Sequence record: NC_028945.1
Direction: 5' to 3' (one strand)
DNA length: 64,000 bases
How positions within the stretch are numbered: the stretch's first letter is position 1; each line of letters opens with the position of its first letter. A model generated the notes under the pieces. It did not search any database. It was not told the origin of the DNA and saw only the letters and a list, made by a program, of their open reading frames with translations. Positions 35,642 to 44,589 of this stretch are shown here, in pieces. Made by a program: the position numbers and the translations under genes.

Positions 35642-35992
35642 ATGTACAGCAAAGAGCAACTGTCCGAAGTCATGAAAGCCGCATGGGCGTTCTATCGCGC
35701 CCGTCGCGAAGGCTATGGCGTTCGGCAGATTGCCGCGCGTCCTGCCGAGTTCTCGTTTGCGACCGCACTCAAGACCGCGTGGCGGAAGTTCAAAACCGCC
35801 GCCGCCAACCAAGCCCGCTTCGACGCTCTTCCCGAAGATCAGAAGAAAGTTGTTGCCGCGCTGATCCAAGCCTACGAAGATGCGGTTTACCTTCCGGCTC
35901 ACATGAGCATGAGTCGTCGCCGTGAAGAAATCAGCCAGAAGATTAACCAGATGTGCGGTTTCTACCTTGACGAGTTCCGTCCGAAGATGTGA
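35642..35992 (+). CDS. hypothetical protein
   Basis: IM..AW...R.....F..ALK.AW...K family pattern. Confidence 0.7.
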   Translation: MYSKEQLSEVMKAAWAFYRARREGYGVRQIAARPAEFSFATALKTAWRKFKTAAANQARFDALPEDQKKVVAALIQAYEDAVYLPAHMSMSRRREEISQKINQMCGFYLDEFRPKM

Positions 35993-36005
35993 AAGAGGTA
36001 TTGTG

Positions 36006-36206
36006 ATGACACCTGAACAGATTGAAATCGGTTCCGCCTACGCCAAGGGAGACAAGGTTCGCCGCGTCGTTAGCTATGGCGCGGGTCGCGAATGGGTCGT
36101 GTGGGGTGACGAACGTGAGCGCCTTCCGCTTGGCGGCTTCGTTCGAACCAAATGTACCAGCGCAAAGTCCTTCGCCAAGTGGGCAGAAAGAAAGGTAGAA
36201 AAATGA
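36006..36206 (+). CDS. hypothetical protein
   Basis: RBS GAGG. Confidence 0.6.
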   Translation: MTPEQIEIGSAYAKGDKVRRVVSYGAGREWVVWGDERERLPLGGFVRTKCTSAKSFAKWAERKVEK

Positions 36207-36331
36207 TCGACAAAGACACTGAAGAGAGAATCGAGACCAAAGAGAAGTTCGTGCCGTTGCTGACTGCCGAACAGAAGCGCAAGCTCGCCGAGCAAACCCG
36301 CAAGACAGAAGAGAAGGAAGCAAAGAAGTGA
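36203..36331 (+). CDS. 42-aa charged peptide
   Basis: ATGA/GTGA coupling on both sides. Confidence 0.5.
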   Translation: MIDKDTEERIETKEKFVPLLTAEQKRKLAEQTRKTEEKEAKK

Positions 36332-36525
36332 AAACGAAAGTTGGAACCATCGACATGACACCGACATGGGAAGCGATCCTTCCTGCCTTGATTGTCGCCG
36401 TCGAGAACGGCACCGCTCTTGGACGGAAGATCGCGACCGAAGAGCTTCGGCGGATGGCAAAGCTTGCCGACATGTACGCTGCCGATGTGAAGGCAAAGGA
36501 CATGCCATGCGACACGAAGAATTAG
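36328..36525 (+). CDS. hypothetical protein
   Basis: TID.TPTW..ILP family pattern. Confidence 0.65.
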   Translation: MKTKVGTIDMTPTWEAILPALIVAVENGTALGRKIATEELRRMAKLADMYAADVKAKDMPCDTKN

Positions 36526-36770
36526 CCGCTAAGACCCATAGGACCAAGACCGGCGCACGCTTCTACAAAGCCTTCTATTGGCGTGGTGAGTGGTGTCGGT
36601 TGACCGGACTCTTCGGTAAGGTCAATGGCTTAACCGTCGCACAAGCGATGGGCAAGGAACAAGGCTTTACATGGACCGACGAAAATGGTGATATGCTCCG
36701 CGAGGGGACACCGATCCGCAACCTTTGGCAGGAGATTGTTCCCGGCGTGACAACCGTCCCGTGGGGGTGA
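36507..36770 (+). CDS. hypothetical protein
   Basis: RBS AAGGA. Confidence 0.55.
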   Translation: MRHEELAAKTHRTKTGARFYKAFYWRGEWCRLTGLFGKVNGLTVAQAMGKEQGFTWTDENGDMLREGTPIRNLWQEIVPGVTTVPWG

Positions 36771-36773
36771 TTA

Positions 36774-36863
36774 ATGTCGAGGGACTTAACCAAAGGCATC
36801 ATGCTCGCGACCGCTATTACCGGTCTGACATATGGGGCCTTATATTTTATTTTTCTGATGTGA
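36774..36863 (+). CDS. 29-aa membrane peptide
   Basis: RBS GGGGG; single TM. Confidence 0.4.
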   Translation: MSRDLTKGIMLATAITGLTYGALYFIFLM

Positions 36864-36894
36864 CGAGGAACATATAAACGAGGGAGTTTTTATC

Positions 36895-37107
36895 ATGAAT
36901 ACAGGTGTAGCACTTTTAGCCAAGATCGCCGGAAGAGACGTCCTTCTTGATGCCCTATGGCGTTGGGTCGATGACAGACAGACAGAGAAGATGGAAGAGG
37001 AAGCCTCTGTCGGCGCGGAAGATTGTGCGGCAGCACGTGTGTCAGGATATCTAACCGCGTTGGATGACGTCCTTACCAAAATCGAAGAACTTCAAACTTC
37101 CACATAA
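36895..37107 (+). CDS. hypothetical protein
   Basis: RBS GGGAG. Confidence 0.65.
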   Translation: MNTGVALLAKIAGRDVLLDALWRWVDDRQTEKMEEEASVGAEDCAAARVSGYLTALDDVLTKIEELQTST

Positions 37108-37113
37108 AACTTC

Positions 37114-37190
37114 GAATAATTTCAAATTTTCGGTTGACCATAATTTGGTTTTATTCTATCTTTTAATCAGAGATAGAAAGGAACTGAGTC
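37114..37190 (+). promoter_or_regulatory. conserved early promoter/leader cassette
   Basis: TTGAC(37134)-N18-TATCTT. Confidence 0.8.
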
Positions 37191-37406
37191 ATGGTCACCG
37201 AAGAGCGCTTTGAACGTTTCCTCAATTCCCGCTTCACGCGTCGTGTGAAGATTGACGAAAAGCTTGAAGCCCGTGCCGAACAGATGATCGGCGAACTGTG
37301 CCGCGACGGTTGCCCCGTCTATTACGTCATGCCCGCTGGTGGTCGTTACCGCGAAGGCGCGCGTGTCGAACTGGTCGATTTCCTGATCCGTAACAACTAC
37401 GTTTGA
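37191..37406 (+). CDS. hypothetical protein (paralog of 37694..37951)
   Basis: shared AE..(I/V)GELCR.G...YY...LIRNNYV. Confidence 0.75.
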   Translation: MVTEERFERFLNSRFTRRVKIDEKLEARAEQMIGELCRDGCPVYYVMPAGGRYREGARVELVDFLIRNNYV

Positions 37407-37420
37407 AGGGACATTTCATC

Positions 37421-37618
37421 ATGAACAAGCGATTGGAAATTTCCGTCGAATTCACCGACAGCATTTATTTCGTTCCCGCCCGCTACGTCCAGCGCTGGTG
37501 GAAGGGTGAGTATACCACCACACTGGAACCGGCTCCGATTGACGGTTACATGTTCCTTCAGGAACCGAACCACGATCAATGGGTGGCGATCCGAAATTCT
37601 CAAGAAAATTTGGAATAA
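37421..37618 (+). CDS. hypothetical protein
   Basis: RBS AAGGG. Confidence 0.55.
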   Translation: MNKRLEISVEFTDSIYFVPARYVQRWWKGEYTTTLEPAPIDGYMFLQEPNHDQWVAIRNSQENLE

Positions 37619-37693
37619 TTTCAAATTCGGTGTTGACAGGAATTCGTTTTGGTTCTATCTTTTAATCATAGAGAGAACGAAAGAGAGACGAAA
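37614..37693 (+). promoter_or_regulatory. conserved early promoter/leader cassette
   Basis: TTGAC(37633)-N18-TATCTT. Confidence 0.8.
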
Positions 37694-37951
37694 ATGATTT
37701 CTCCTGAACGCCACTTGAATGCCCGCGAAGCCCGCCGCCTTGCTGCCGAAGATCGTTATCTGACTCGTCTCGAAAAGCGTGAGCGCGAAGCTGAAGCCCT
37801 TGTCGGCGAACTCTGCCGCGAAGGTAAGACGATCTACTACATCAACATTAAGACCAAGACCGGCAAATTCACCGGCAAGATCAAAGAATTCACCGGTCCG
37901 ACCGCTTTCGGTGAAGCGATTGTCTATCTGATCCGCAACAACTACGTTTGA
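37694..37951 (+). CDS. hypothetical protein (paralog of 37191..37406)
   Basis: shared GELCR.G and LIRNNYV C-terminus. Confidence 0.75.
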   Translation: MISPERHLNAREARRLAAEDRYLTRLEKREREAEALVGELCREGKTIYYINIKTKTGKFTGKIKEFTGPTAFGEAIVYLIRNNYV

Positions 37952-37960
37952 GGTTTGCCG

Positions 37961-38218
37961 ATGCTCAAGAAAGTCAACAAGTTCAACGAAAACGACAAGC
38001 TTCTGATCGCCGCTGAACTTGCGACTTTCGGCATCAAGTACCGCTTCCGCAAGTTCCCGTCTTCCTACCGTCTCGTCTTCGTCGGCGACTGGAAGACCGT
38101 TTGCGACATCCTGAACCGCAATAGCATCCTGAATGCCGGTGCCCAAGCCTACACCCAATATTCGTTCCAAGACATCGACCCGAAGCACGGTGAAGTGTTC
38201 CTTTATTATACCGCCTGA
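37961..38218 (+). CDS. hypothetical protein
   Basis: RBS GAGG. Confidence 0.7.
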   Translation: MLKKVNKFNENDKLLIAAELATFGIKYRFRKFPSSYRLVFVGDWKTVCDILNRNSILNAGAQAYTQYSFQDIDPKHGEVFLYYTA

Positions 38219-38238
38219 TCTACCATTCAGACAAAGAA

Positions 38239-38263
38239 AAAGCCGGTCTTTTGAACCGGCTTT
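38239..38263. terminator. bidirectional terminator at the convergence of the two transcription arms
   Basis: AAAGCCGGT-7nt-ACCGGCTTT with A/T tracts both sides. Confidence 0.85.
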
Positions 38264-38267
38264 AATT

Positions 38268-38489
38268 TTATGTGCGGATGTCCCAATCGGGTCTACCTTG
38301 AAAGATGCCTTCACCATAGTGGTTCTCGCAATCGCTGTTATCACATGCGGTCCACCAATCCCATTCGGATGCTTCCGGGCGCTTGCTGATTAGATCGGTG
38401 TTGCATGTGTAATGACTAACCGCCGATCCGCAATCTTTACACTTGCCGTAATAGCTCCAAATTCTCTCTTTTTCGGATATCCTCATCAT
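38268..38489 (-). CDS. small Cys-rich (zinc-binding) protein
   Basis: CKDC...C...CDNSDC.NH. Confidence 0.65.
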   Translation of the reverse strand: MMRISEKERIWSYYGKCKDCGSAVSHYTCNTDLISKRPEASEWDWWTACDNSDCENHYGEGIFQGRPDWDIRT

Positions 38490-39406
38490 ACCGCCATCTT
38501 GGCTTTGATTGGTGCGTGATGCTCGTATCCGTCGAGTGTAAGAAGCCCTACATCACGGTAGTCAAATCCGACTGTCAAACCACGCTTCAGGCTGAATTCG
38601 TCATCGATCATCAGTGTCGGCAAAGCCAACGGTTCGCGGTCAAGCTGTTCCTTCACCTGATCGAAGTGATTGTTGTAGATGTGGGTATCACCAAGGTTGC
38701 CGATCAGTTCCCCGACTTCAAGACCACATTCCAGCGCGATCAGATGTGTCAGGAGCGCGTAAGAGGCGATGTTGAAGGGAAGCCCCAAGAAGACGTCCAC
38801 GGACCGCTGATTCCAAAGGCAGGACAGTTTGTCATTGCGAACATAGAACTGGAATCCGTAGTGGCACGGCGGCAAAGCCATTAGATCGACCGCGCCGACA
38901 TTCCAAGCCGAGACCATATGACGACGGCTGAGAGGATCATTCTTGATGGTCACGATGACGTCAATGATCTGATCGATGACACCGATGTCAAATTGCTTTT
39001 CGCCGCATGGCGCTTCCCATTCCATGTGGTATTCCCACATCCGCCACTGCGAGCCGTAGACTGGACCCAACTGCTTGACGGTGTCATTGTTCTCGTAGCC
39101 GAGTGCCCGCCCTTGTGCGTTGGCGTTTGCCGTCCAAATGGTTGTCTTGTCGATCAGTTGTTCGCGTGGCTTGCCGTAAAGAAGTTCAGCCAAGCGCCGT
39201 TCGTCGGTCGATCCTTCAAGAAACCACAGCAATTCGCTCACCACGGCTTTCCAAGCGAGTTTCTTGGTGGTCACGGCAGGAAAGCCCTTGGACAGGTCGA
39301 AACGTATCTGGCGACCAAATACGGACCTTGTGCCAGTTCCGGTACGATCATCGGCATCGACGCCGTTTTCCAGCACGTCCCGGAGTAAGTTATGATATTC
39401 AATCAA
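38486..39406 (-). CDS. thyA: thymidylate synthase
   Basis: DRTGTGT, ELLWFL.G, MALPPCH, QRS.D.FLG.PFN.ASY, HIY.NH; uninterrupted. Confidence 0.96.
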   Translation of the reverse strand: MIEYHNLLRDVLENGVDADDRTGTGTRSVFGRQIRFDLSKGFPAVTTKKLAWKAVVSELLWFLEGSTDERRLAELLYGKPREQLIDKTTIWTANANAQGRALGYENNDTVKQLGPVYGSQWRMWEYHMEWEAPCGEKQFDIGVIDQIIDVIVTIKNDPLSRRHMVSAWNVGAVDLMALPPCHYGFQFYVRNDKLSCLWNQRSVDVFLGLPFNIASYALLTHLIALECGLEVGELIGNLGDTHIYNNHFDQVKEQLDREPLALPTLMIDDEFSLKRGLTVGFDYRDVGLLTLDGYEHHAPIKAKMAV

Positions 39407-39409
39407 AGT

Positions 39410-39901
39410 TTATGTCCTTTTTGTATATACGAAAAGAGGAAAGTCCCTATGCCAGTCCGCGTGCTTTCCTTCATAATTGGCGTTCAGGGCTTCCTTGTCG
39501 ATAAAGGTATCACACCCATAGTCACCAAGCATGGAGGTAACATAAAGGGATTCGATTGCCTTTTCCCGGATTGCTTTGTTGTAGAGAGTAGCGCCGCCTA
39601 TCAAAATAGGACGCTGGAAATACTTCTTGAACATATCCCAATCGATTTTGCTCAAGAAGATTGTATCTTTAGAGTTGGGATAATCGTAATCTTTGAGACC
39701 GCCGATGACGACGCTGAGACGATCCGGCAGCGGCTTTGGAAAGGCTTCGTCTTCATAGGTTTTGCGACCCATAATCAAGGTTCCGCCCTTGGTGAAGCGT
39801 TGAAACCATCGCATGTCGGCGGGGTCTTTCTCCCATGGTAAGGTTCCGTTCTTACCAATGCCGCCTGTTTCATCCATCGCCACGATAGCGGAAATGTTCA
39901 T
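39410..39901 (-). CDS. frd: dihydrofolate reductase
   Basis: AIVA....GIG..G.LPW....DM..F...T.....MGRKTY, GGA..Y, CD.F. Confidence 0.93.
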   Translation of the reverse strand: MNISAIVAMDETGGIGKNGTLPWEKDPADMRWFQRFTKGGTLIMGRKTYEDEAFPKPLPDRLSVVIGGLKDYDYPNSKDTIFLSKIDWDMFKKYFQRPILIGGATLYNKAIREKAIESLYVTSMLGDYGCDTFIDKEALNANYEGKHADWHRDFPLFVYTKRT

Positions 39902-40100
39902 GATTTCCTCTCAACATATATGGTGTAAGCTTCGGAAAATCGGGATACTGCGCTTCAAGCCGGTCGATGGTCTCTTGATGACCAAGCTGAATCTTCTTCG
40001 CGGCGCTGCTATTCCTTGCCCATGGTGGTGTATAATACAGAAGCTTGCGCCGTTTGACATATTCCGCAAAGTCTTGAGATTTTCTCCAATCGTGGGTCAT
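39870..40100 (-). CDS. hypothetical protein
   Basis: coupled between primase and DHFR. Confidence 0.55.
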   Translation of the reverse strand: MTHDWRKSQDFAEYVKRRKLLYYTPPWARNSSAAKKIQLGHQETIDRLEAQYPDFPKLTPYMLRGNHEHFRYRGDG

Positions 40101-41152
40101 GCTGCTTTAACTCCCCGCCATTCTGATAATTCCAACTTAGCTGCCAAACCGGAAAAGGTGCGCCGGTCGATTTCCCACTTGACGTGTTTTGCCGACATGC
40201 CGCCCTTCAGCACCATGTCATTGACGTCCTTCTGTTTAATCTTCGGTCCCCATAGCGCGACCTTCAAGCCAAGGTCAATACATTTTTCAATCTTAGCGAC
40301 GATTTCCGGTTTGCGCGGTTCATTGTCGAAAACGAAAACGGCATTCTCCGGATTGGGCAACAATCGAGGATCAAGCGCGCTGCCCGCCATGGCAATCGAA
40401 TTCTTGATGAACAGACTGTCAATCGGACCTTCAAAGACATAATATGTCTCTTCCGTGTTGCATTGATCCATGCCGAAAATCTTGGCGTGGTTCTCGTCAA
40501 ACATAATGGTGATGTAGCGCAAGAACGCGTCCGGAACGAAGGATCGCCCCTGAAAGCCGAACAGATTGCCCTTCTTGTCGATGAATGGCAGGATCAGCCG
40601 GGGTTCGTCCTTCTCTTCGTGCTCCATTTTGCCGGGGAGGATCGAATTGACGAACTTCTTGAACTTCGGGGCGTAATAGAGCCGGAAGTGTGTTTCGGGT
40701 GGAATTAGCCGGTTGACGACATATTGTTTCGCCGGATGGTCATGGGGAAGGCTGGATATTTTCTTGATCCGGAGCAATGGTGAACCGGCAGCGAGCGCCT
40801 TGAATTTTGGTGCTTCTGTCTTGAAAGCCGAATCGGGTAGTGCTGCCTTCTCCGGTTCCGCGCGCAAGCCGTTTTTGTCAAGGACTTTCTCGACTTGCCA
40901 TTCCTGATGCAGGATCGGGTTCACTCTTTCGAGGAATTCGCCGAAGCTCTTGTTACCACAACCATTATGGCAGCAAAAATAGGCGTGGTTGTTGTGTTCA
41001 AGAATCCAACCACGCGCTTTGCTTTTGCTTTTTTGGGAATCGCCGCATAGAGGACACCTGAAGTTCGCTCTATACGGCATGTTTGATTTGATTTTGAACC
41101 GCTCAAGATTGTTCGAAAGCAGGTTCGCATATTTTAGATCGAGATAATGCAT
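40097..41152 (-). CDS. 61: DNA primase (T4 gp61-like)
   Basis: NFRCPLCGDS.K...KARG, RL..P, FQGR, EGPIDSLF, DNEPR..EI, KD.NDM. Confidence 0.93.
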   Translation of the reverse strand: MHYLDLKYANLLSNNLERFKIKSNMPYRANFRCPLCGDSQKSKSKARGWILEHNNHAYFCCHNGCGNKSFGEFLERVNPILHQEWQVEKVLDKNGLRAEPEKAALPDSAFKTEAPKFKALAAGSPLLRIKKISSLPHDHPAKQYVVNRLIPPETHFRLYYAPKFKKFVNSILPGKMEHEEKDEPRLILPFIDKKGNLFGFQGRSFVPDAFLRYITIMFDENHAKIFGMDQCNTEETYYVFEGPIDSLFIKNSIAMAGSALDPRLLPNPENAVFVFDNEPRKPEIVAKIEKCIDLGLKVALWGPKIKQKDVNDMVLKGGMSAKHVKWEIDRRTFSGLAAKLELSEWRGVKAA

Positions 41153-41183
41153 GATGCCCTATGTAGGACATCGACACTCAATA

Positions 41184-41657
41184 TTAAAGTAGGGAAAGGA
41201 TTGTAGAAATAATCCCGCCGATGACGATAGCGCCGCCGATGGTCAACCATTTCCAGCGTTGGATTTCGACCACGTCTTTCTTGAGTTCGTCAATGTCCGC
41301 CTTGACCGCGTTGACTTTGGCGTCCATGCGGTCGTTCATTTCGATTGTGGATGTATGGAATTGATTTCGCATATCTTCCCTGATTTGATTAATCTTGTCA
41401 AGGATTTCTTGTGATCTTTTATCGGCTTCTGTGCGCCGCTTGTCGGCAGCGTCCGCCAACTGATCGATCAGTCGTGTGTGAGTTTCAAGCTTGTTATCAT
41501 GAACTGCGAGCAAACGGTTAATGTTTGTCGAGACATCCGAGATTTTATCAATTGCGATATCGAGCCGGGATACCAGAGTATCGAGGTTGTTGATGTCGCC
41601 GCGAAGTCCGGAGAGTTCAGCGCGCATTTGTGCATAGTCAAAATTCTGTTGGGTCAT
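41184..41657 (-). CDS. coiled-coil protein with C-terminal TM anchor
   Basis: heptad-rich; W.W..IGGA.VIG tail. Confidence 0.7.
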   Translation of the reverse strand: MTQQNFDYAQMRAELSGLRGDINNLDTLVSRLDIAIDKISDVSTNINRLLAVHDNKLETHTRLIDQLADAADKRRTEADKRSQEILDKINQIREDMRNQFHTSTIEMNDRMDAKVNAVKADIDELKKDVVEIQRWKWLTIGGAIVIGGIISTILSLL

Positions 41658-41695
41658 TGTTGTTCTCGTCTTCTTGTGACCATGCGGGATAGTGC

Positions 41696-42121
41696 TTACT
41701 TCAACAGAGACTTTTCCTTCCTCTTGAGCACTGGCGATTTCTTTGCGACGGTGTCCGGAATGTTACCCGTATTGGTGGATGGCACTGCGGACCCTTCTAC
41801 TTCAACTATATAGGCTTCGAACAACTCTTCGTTGATATTGCCGTCTTCGGATACATCCTCTTTCATCAGATACATGACAGCGGCAATGGTGCCGAGCTTG
41901 GTAGAGCCGCCCGGAAGCTTGGCGATCAATTTCTTCAGGTTCAGGATAACCAAATCGAATTTACTGAAGGCTTCCCGTTCAGCCACGCGGGTGAGTTCCC
42001 TTTGCGACTTCAAAATGTTGCCTTCAGCATCAATGATGCCGAGCTTGTACGCTTCCCACTTATCGAAAGGCTTTGCCAGTCGCTTCAAGAACTGGTAAAC
42101 CATGAAAAGATCAACAATCAT
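41696..42121 (-). CDS. conserved T4-like phage hypothetical protein
   Basis: D.F..Y.FLK.L..PF..W.AYKLGIID..G..L family pattern. Confidence 0.75.
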   Translation of the reverse strand: MIVDLFMVYQFLKRLAKPFDKWEAYKLGIIDAEGNILKSQRELTRVAEREAFSKFDLVILNLKKLIAKLPGGSTKLGTIAAVMYLMKEDVSEDGNINEELFEAYIVEVEGSAVPSTNTGNIPDTVAKKSPVLKRKEKSLLK

Positions 42122-42492
42122 ATCTTTCGAAGCTCCGCAATGATTTCCGGGTTCATGGGAATGTCGGATGAATACAGGATTTTGTTTTCATAACAAATTT
42201 TCTTCGGCATGTAATTCAGCGCGACGATGAATGGCTTCAGTTCGGGATGCAGGTCTTCCATACGCTGAAAAAGCATAGGAGTCGCTGCTTCCCCGAAACA
42301 ATTGTAGATGATGATAATATGGTTCAAGATCAACCGAGTTTTAAGCTCTTGTCCTTTCTTGAACTTATTCAACAAACGCTTTACGTAAAGAAACCTCTTT
42401 AAGTCTGCTTCAAAGTCATCTTCGGTAGTATTGAGTGTCATATCATATTGCTTTGCGGCAAACAGATAGAAGTTATCTTTAGTGAGTTCCAT
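42118..42492 (-). CDS. conserved T4-like phage hypothetical protein
   Basis: LT..NF.LFA.K.Y...F..DLKRF.Y.KRL...RLILNH.I..YN.FG pattern. Confidence 0.78.
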   Translation of the reverse strand: MELTKDNFYLFAAKQYDMTLNTTEDDFEADLKRFLYVKRLLNKFKKGQELKTRLILNHIIIIYNCFGEAATPMLFQRMEDLHPELKPFIVALNYMPKKICYENKILYSSDIPMNPEIIAELRKI

Positions 42493-42503
42493 GGGTGTCT
42501 GTA

Positions 42504-44312
42504 CTATACTCGCACAATGGGATTAGGCGTTGTGAAGTTCTTCTTGCGCATAATCGTCTTCAAAGTAACTTCAAATTCACCACGATTATAGTCAATGACA
42601 ACCGGAATATTCAGTTCCTTCTGTACATCCTTCAGAACGACTTGAGCTTCGCGAGCGTTCTTGATGCCCTTGCCTTGGGTAAGAGCGAGCTTGCGGAAGG
42701 TGTCACGAAGTTCCTTGACCGTGATGCAAGGATTGTTGCGGTCGTCCGACATGCGCTCACCAAAGTGCTTGGTGAATTCAATGTCGATGCCGAACTTATC
42801 AAGCAGCGCGTCTGCGAACTTTTCCAGTTCCTTCAGGTCTTCCCGGCTGATGATCGCGCAAGCGCCTTCTTCAGCACGTTCCATCAGTTGAAGGTCTTCG
42901 ATGAAGTAGGAACCGGCAAGGAACGAATTGACGCGCTGGAAACCTTCCTCAACCGGCGACATCGTCTCATAGAGACCTTCAGACATACCACGGTCGAACA
43001 GTTCCCGGATGATTGCCGGATCAACATTGTGTTCTTCCGCCTTGACCAGCAAGCTTTCGAGAACGGTCGCAAGCTCCGGATCACTCATGACAGATTCGAT
43101 GGCATTGATCGCATCGCTATCAGAAGCCACTGCGCGCCAGATTTTGAAACGACGGTCAAGCTTTACCTTGCCTTCCTTGTCAAACATCTGATGCCAGACC
43201 TTGCGTGCCGGTGCGTTATCAGCAACAGGCGGATATGCATCACCGAGGCGCGGCGCAATGTTCGTCGGCATATTCGACGGATCAAAGCCTTCGTGCTGAT
43301 TGTGCATCTTGTGAGCCTTGGAAATCTTTTGAACTTCCTGCTTGCGAAGCTGCGGAAGGATTTTCGCGGCGATGCGACCGATAGCGCCCTTACGCTGTTC
43401 AACACGCTTGTCGATCTGGATTTTCTCACCAACACCAAGGTTCTGGTAGTCGGCACCACGCGCACCAGCGACCTTCTTGCGGATTGCCTGAATAGCCTTC
43501 TTGCGAGCGCGCTTCTTCAGTTGGTCCGTGGAAGCGATCTTCTTGCGCATCCGCTCACGAGCGATCATAACCTTGCGCTTGATGCGGCGGAAAGCTTGAC
43601 CGCGCTTCAGACGTTGGCTGTATGTCAGGGCCTCTCCCAATTCTTCTTCATCGTCCACGAGACCGCCAAGCAGTCGGTACATTTCAACGATGTCGTCCAC
43701 GAGGAATTGTGCGCCAGCGGCAATGTTGTTGCCGAACTCTTCGATGTTGTCTGCCTTGACATAACCGAACATACGGCTGGCGATAGCGGCTTCGTCAATA
43801 CCGTAAGGAACAACTTCGACTTCGTTCCAATCGGAGCGACCAATGTGATATCGTGCGTCTTCTTCGGACATGACCAGAACGACGTGGGTGTATTTGCCGC
43901 GAAGGATTTCGACCAGTTCGCCGACGTAGCCATAGGTTTCCGGCTTAACGATTTCGCCGAAAGCTTCAAAGGCAATCATCCGAGCGTCAACGGCATCAAG
44001 CCAAACGACTTCGTCTTCTTCCGAGCCTTCGCTATCGGTAGCGGGGGTCGGGACGGGAGAATCACTCTGAATGTAAACTTGGGGTTCTTCGACACCATGT
44101 TCAGCCGCGATATCGTAAAGATGGTCGATCAGTTCTTCGTGTTCGACGGTCGCGGGATTGAGTTTGAGAAATGCGACGACAGCGGTTTTGTTAAACCGGA
44201 GCAAGTCAACAGATTCAAGCGTTGGGTTGATGTCGATAATGACGCTGTTCTTCTTGCCAGCGTTCGGGGTCTTGACGTCCTTTTCGTCGGACGCTTTCGG
44301 TTCTTTAGCCAT
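42504..44312 (-). CDS. large mosaic protein, probably internal head protein (degenerate nucleotidyltransferase-like, basic helical, helical and RNase-like modules)
   Basis: TAAATA at 44362-44357; LKLNPATVEH; ALT.SQR.KR...KKRARK.A; RG...F.RVNSF; FTKHF.ER..D.RN...KT.MRK. Confidence 0.65.
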   Translation of the reverse strand: MAKEPKASDEKDVKTPNAGKKNSVIIDINPTLESVDLLRFNKTAVVAFLKLNPATVEHEELIDHLYDIAAEHGVEEPQVYIQSDSPVPTPATDSEGSEEDEVVWLDAVDARMIAFEAFGEIVKPETYGYVGELVEILRGKYTHVVLVMSEEDARYHIGRSDWNEVEVVPYGIDEAAIASRMFGYVKADNIEEFGNNIAAGAQFLVDDIVEMYRLLGGLVDDEEELGEALTYSQRLKRGQAFRRIKRKVMIARERMRKKIASTDQLKKRARKKAIQAIRKKVAGARGADYQNLGVGEKIQIDKRVEQRKGAIGRIAAKILPQLRKQEVQKISKAHKMHNQHEGFDPSNMPTNIAPRLGDAYPPVADNAPARKVWHQMFDKEGKVKLDRRFKIWRAVASDSDAINAIESVMSDPELATVLESLLVKAEEHNVDPAIIRELFDRGMSEGLYETMSPVEEGFQRVNSFLAGSYFIEDLQLMERAEEGACAIISREDLKELEKFADALLDKFGIDIEFTKHFGERMSDDRNNPCITVKELRDTFRKLALTQGKGIKNAREAQVVLKDVQKELNIPVVIDYNRGEFEVTLKTIMRKKNFTTPNPIVRV

Positions 44313-44365
44313 TTTATCTCCTATGGGATTGCCGAAGCCGTTAAGCCATATGGAGATATTTAGTA

Positions 44366-44398
44366 GAAAAGAAAAAGCCGCTCTAAAGCGAACGGCTC
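44366..44398 (-). terminator. rho-independent terminator
   Basis: minus strand AGCCGTTC..GAGCGGCT followed by T-tract. Confidence 0.65.
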
Positions 44399-44589
44399 TT
44401 GATGATTTTGTATGCGCGTTTCAGCGTTTTTAGATCGTTGTCGTGAGCGCTTGTCCATCCATCGGACTTGTCTTTCTCGACAACGTCAATCGCCCATTCC
44501 AGACCCTTGGCGACGTCGCTCATCAAGTCTTTCTGGACTTCTGTCTTGAACCATTTAAAAAGCATTATAATCCTCAAATGCTTGAACAA
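44383..44589 (-). CDS. hypothetical protein
   Basis: short ORF at operon end. Confidence 0.5.
   Translation of the reverse strand: MFKHLRIIMLFKWFKTEVQKDLMSDVAKGLEWAIDVVEKDKSDGWTSAHDNDLKTLKRAYKIIKSRSL

Noticed and set aside
38486-39406. Group I intron or intein in thymidylate synthase or nrdJ
   Set aside because: Both ORFs are continuous with all motifs at normal spacing; no intein C/S...HN-C signature
42495-44363. 622-aa plus-strand ORF (and similar long ORFs at 2510..3667-, 15123..16181-, 17473..18555-, 56621..58264+)
   Set aside because: Antisense shadows of real genes, caused by codon bias; no motifs, RBS or operon coupling
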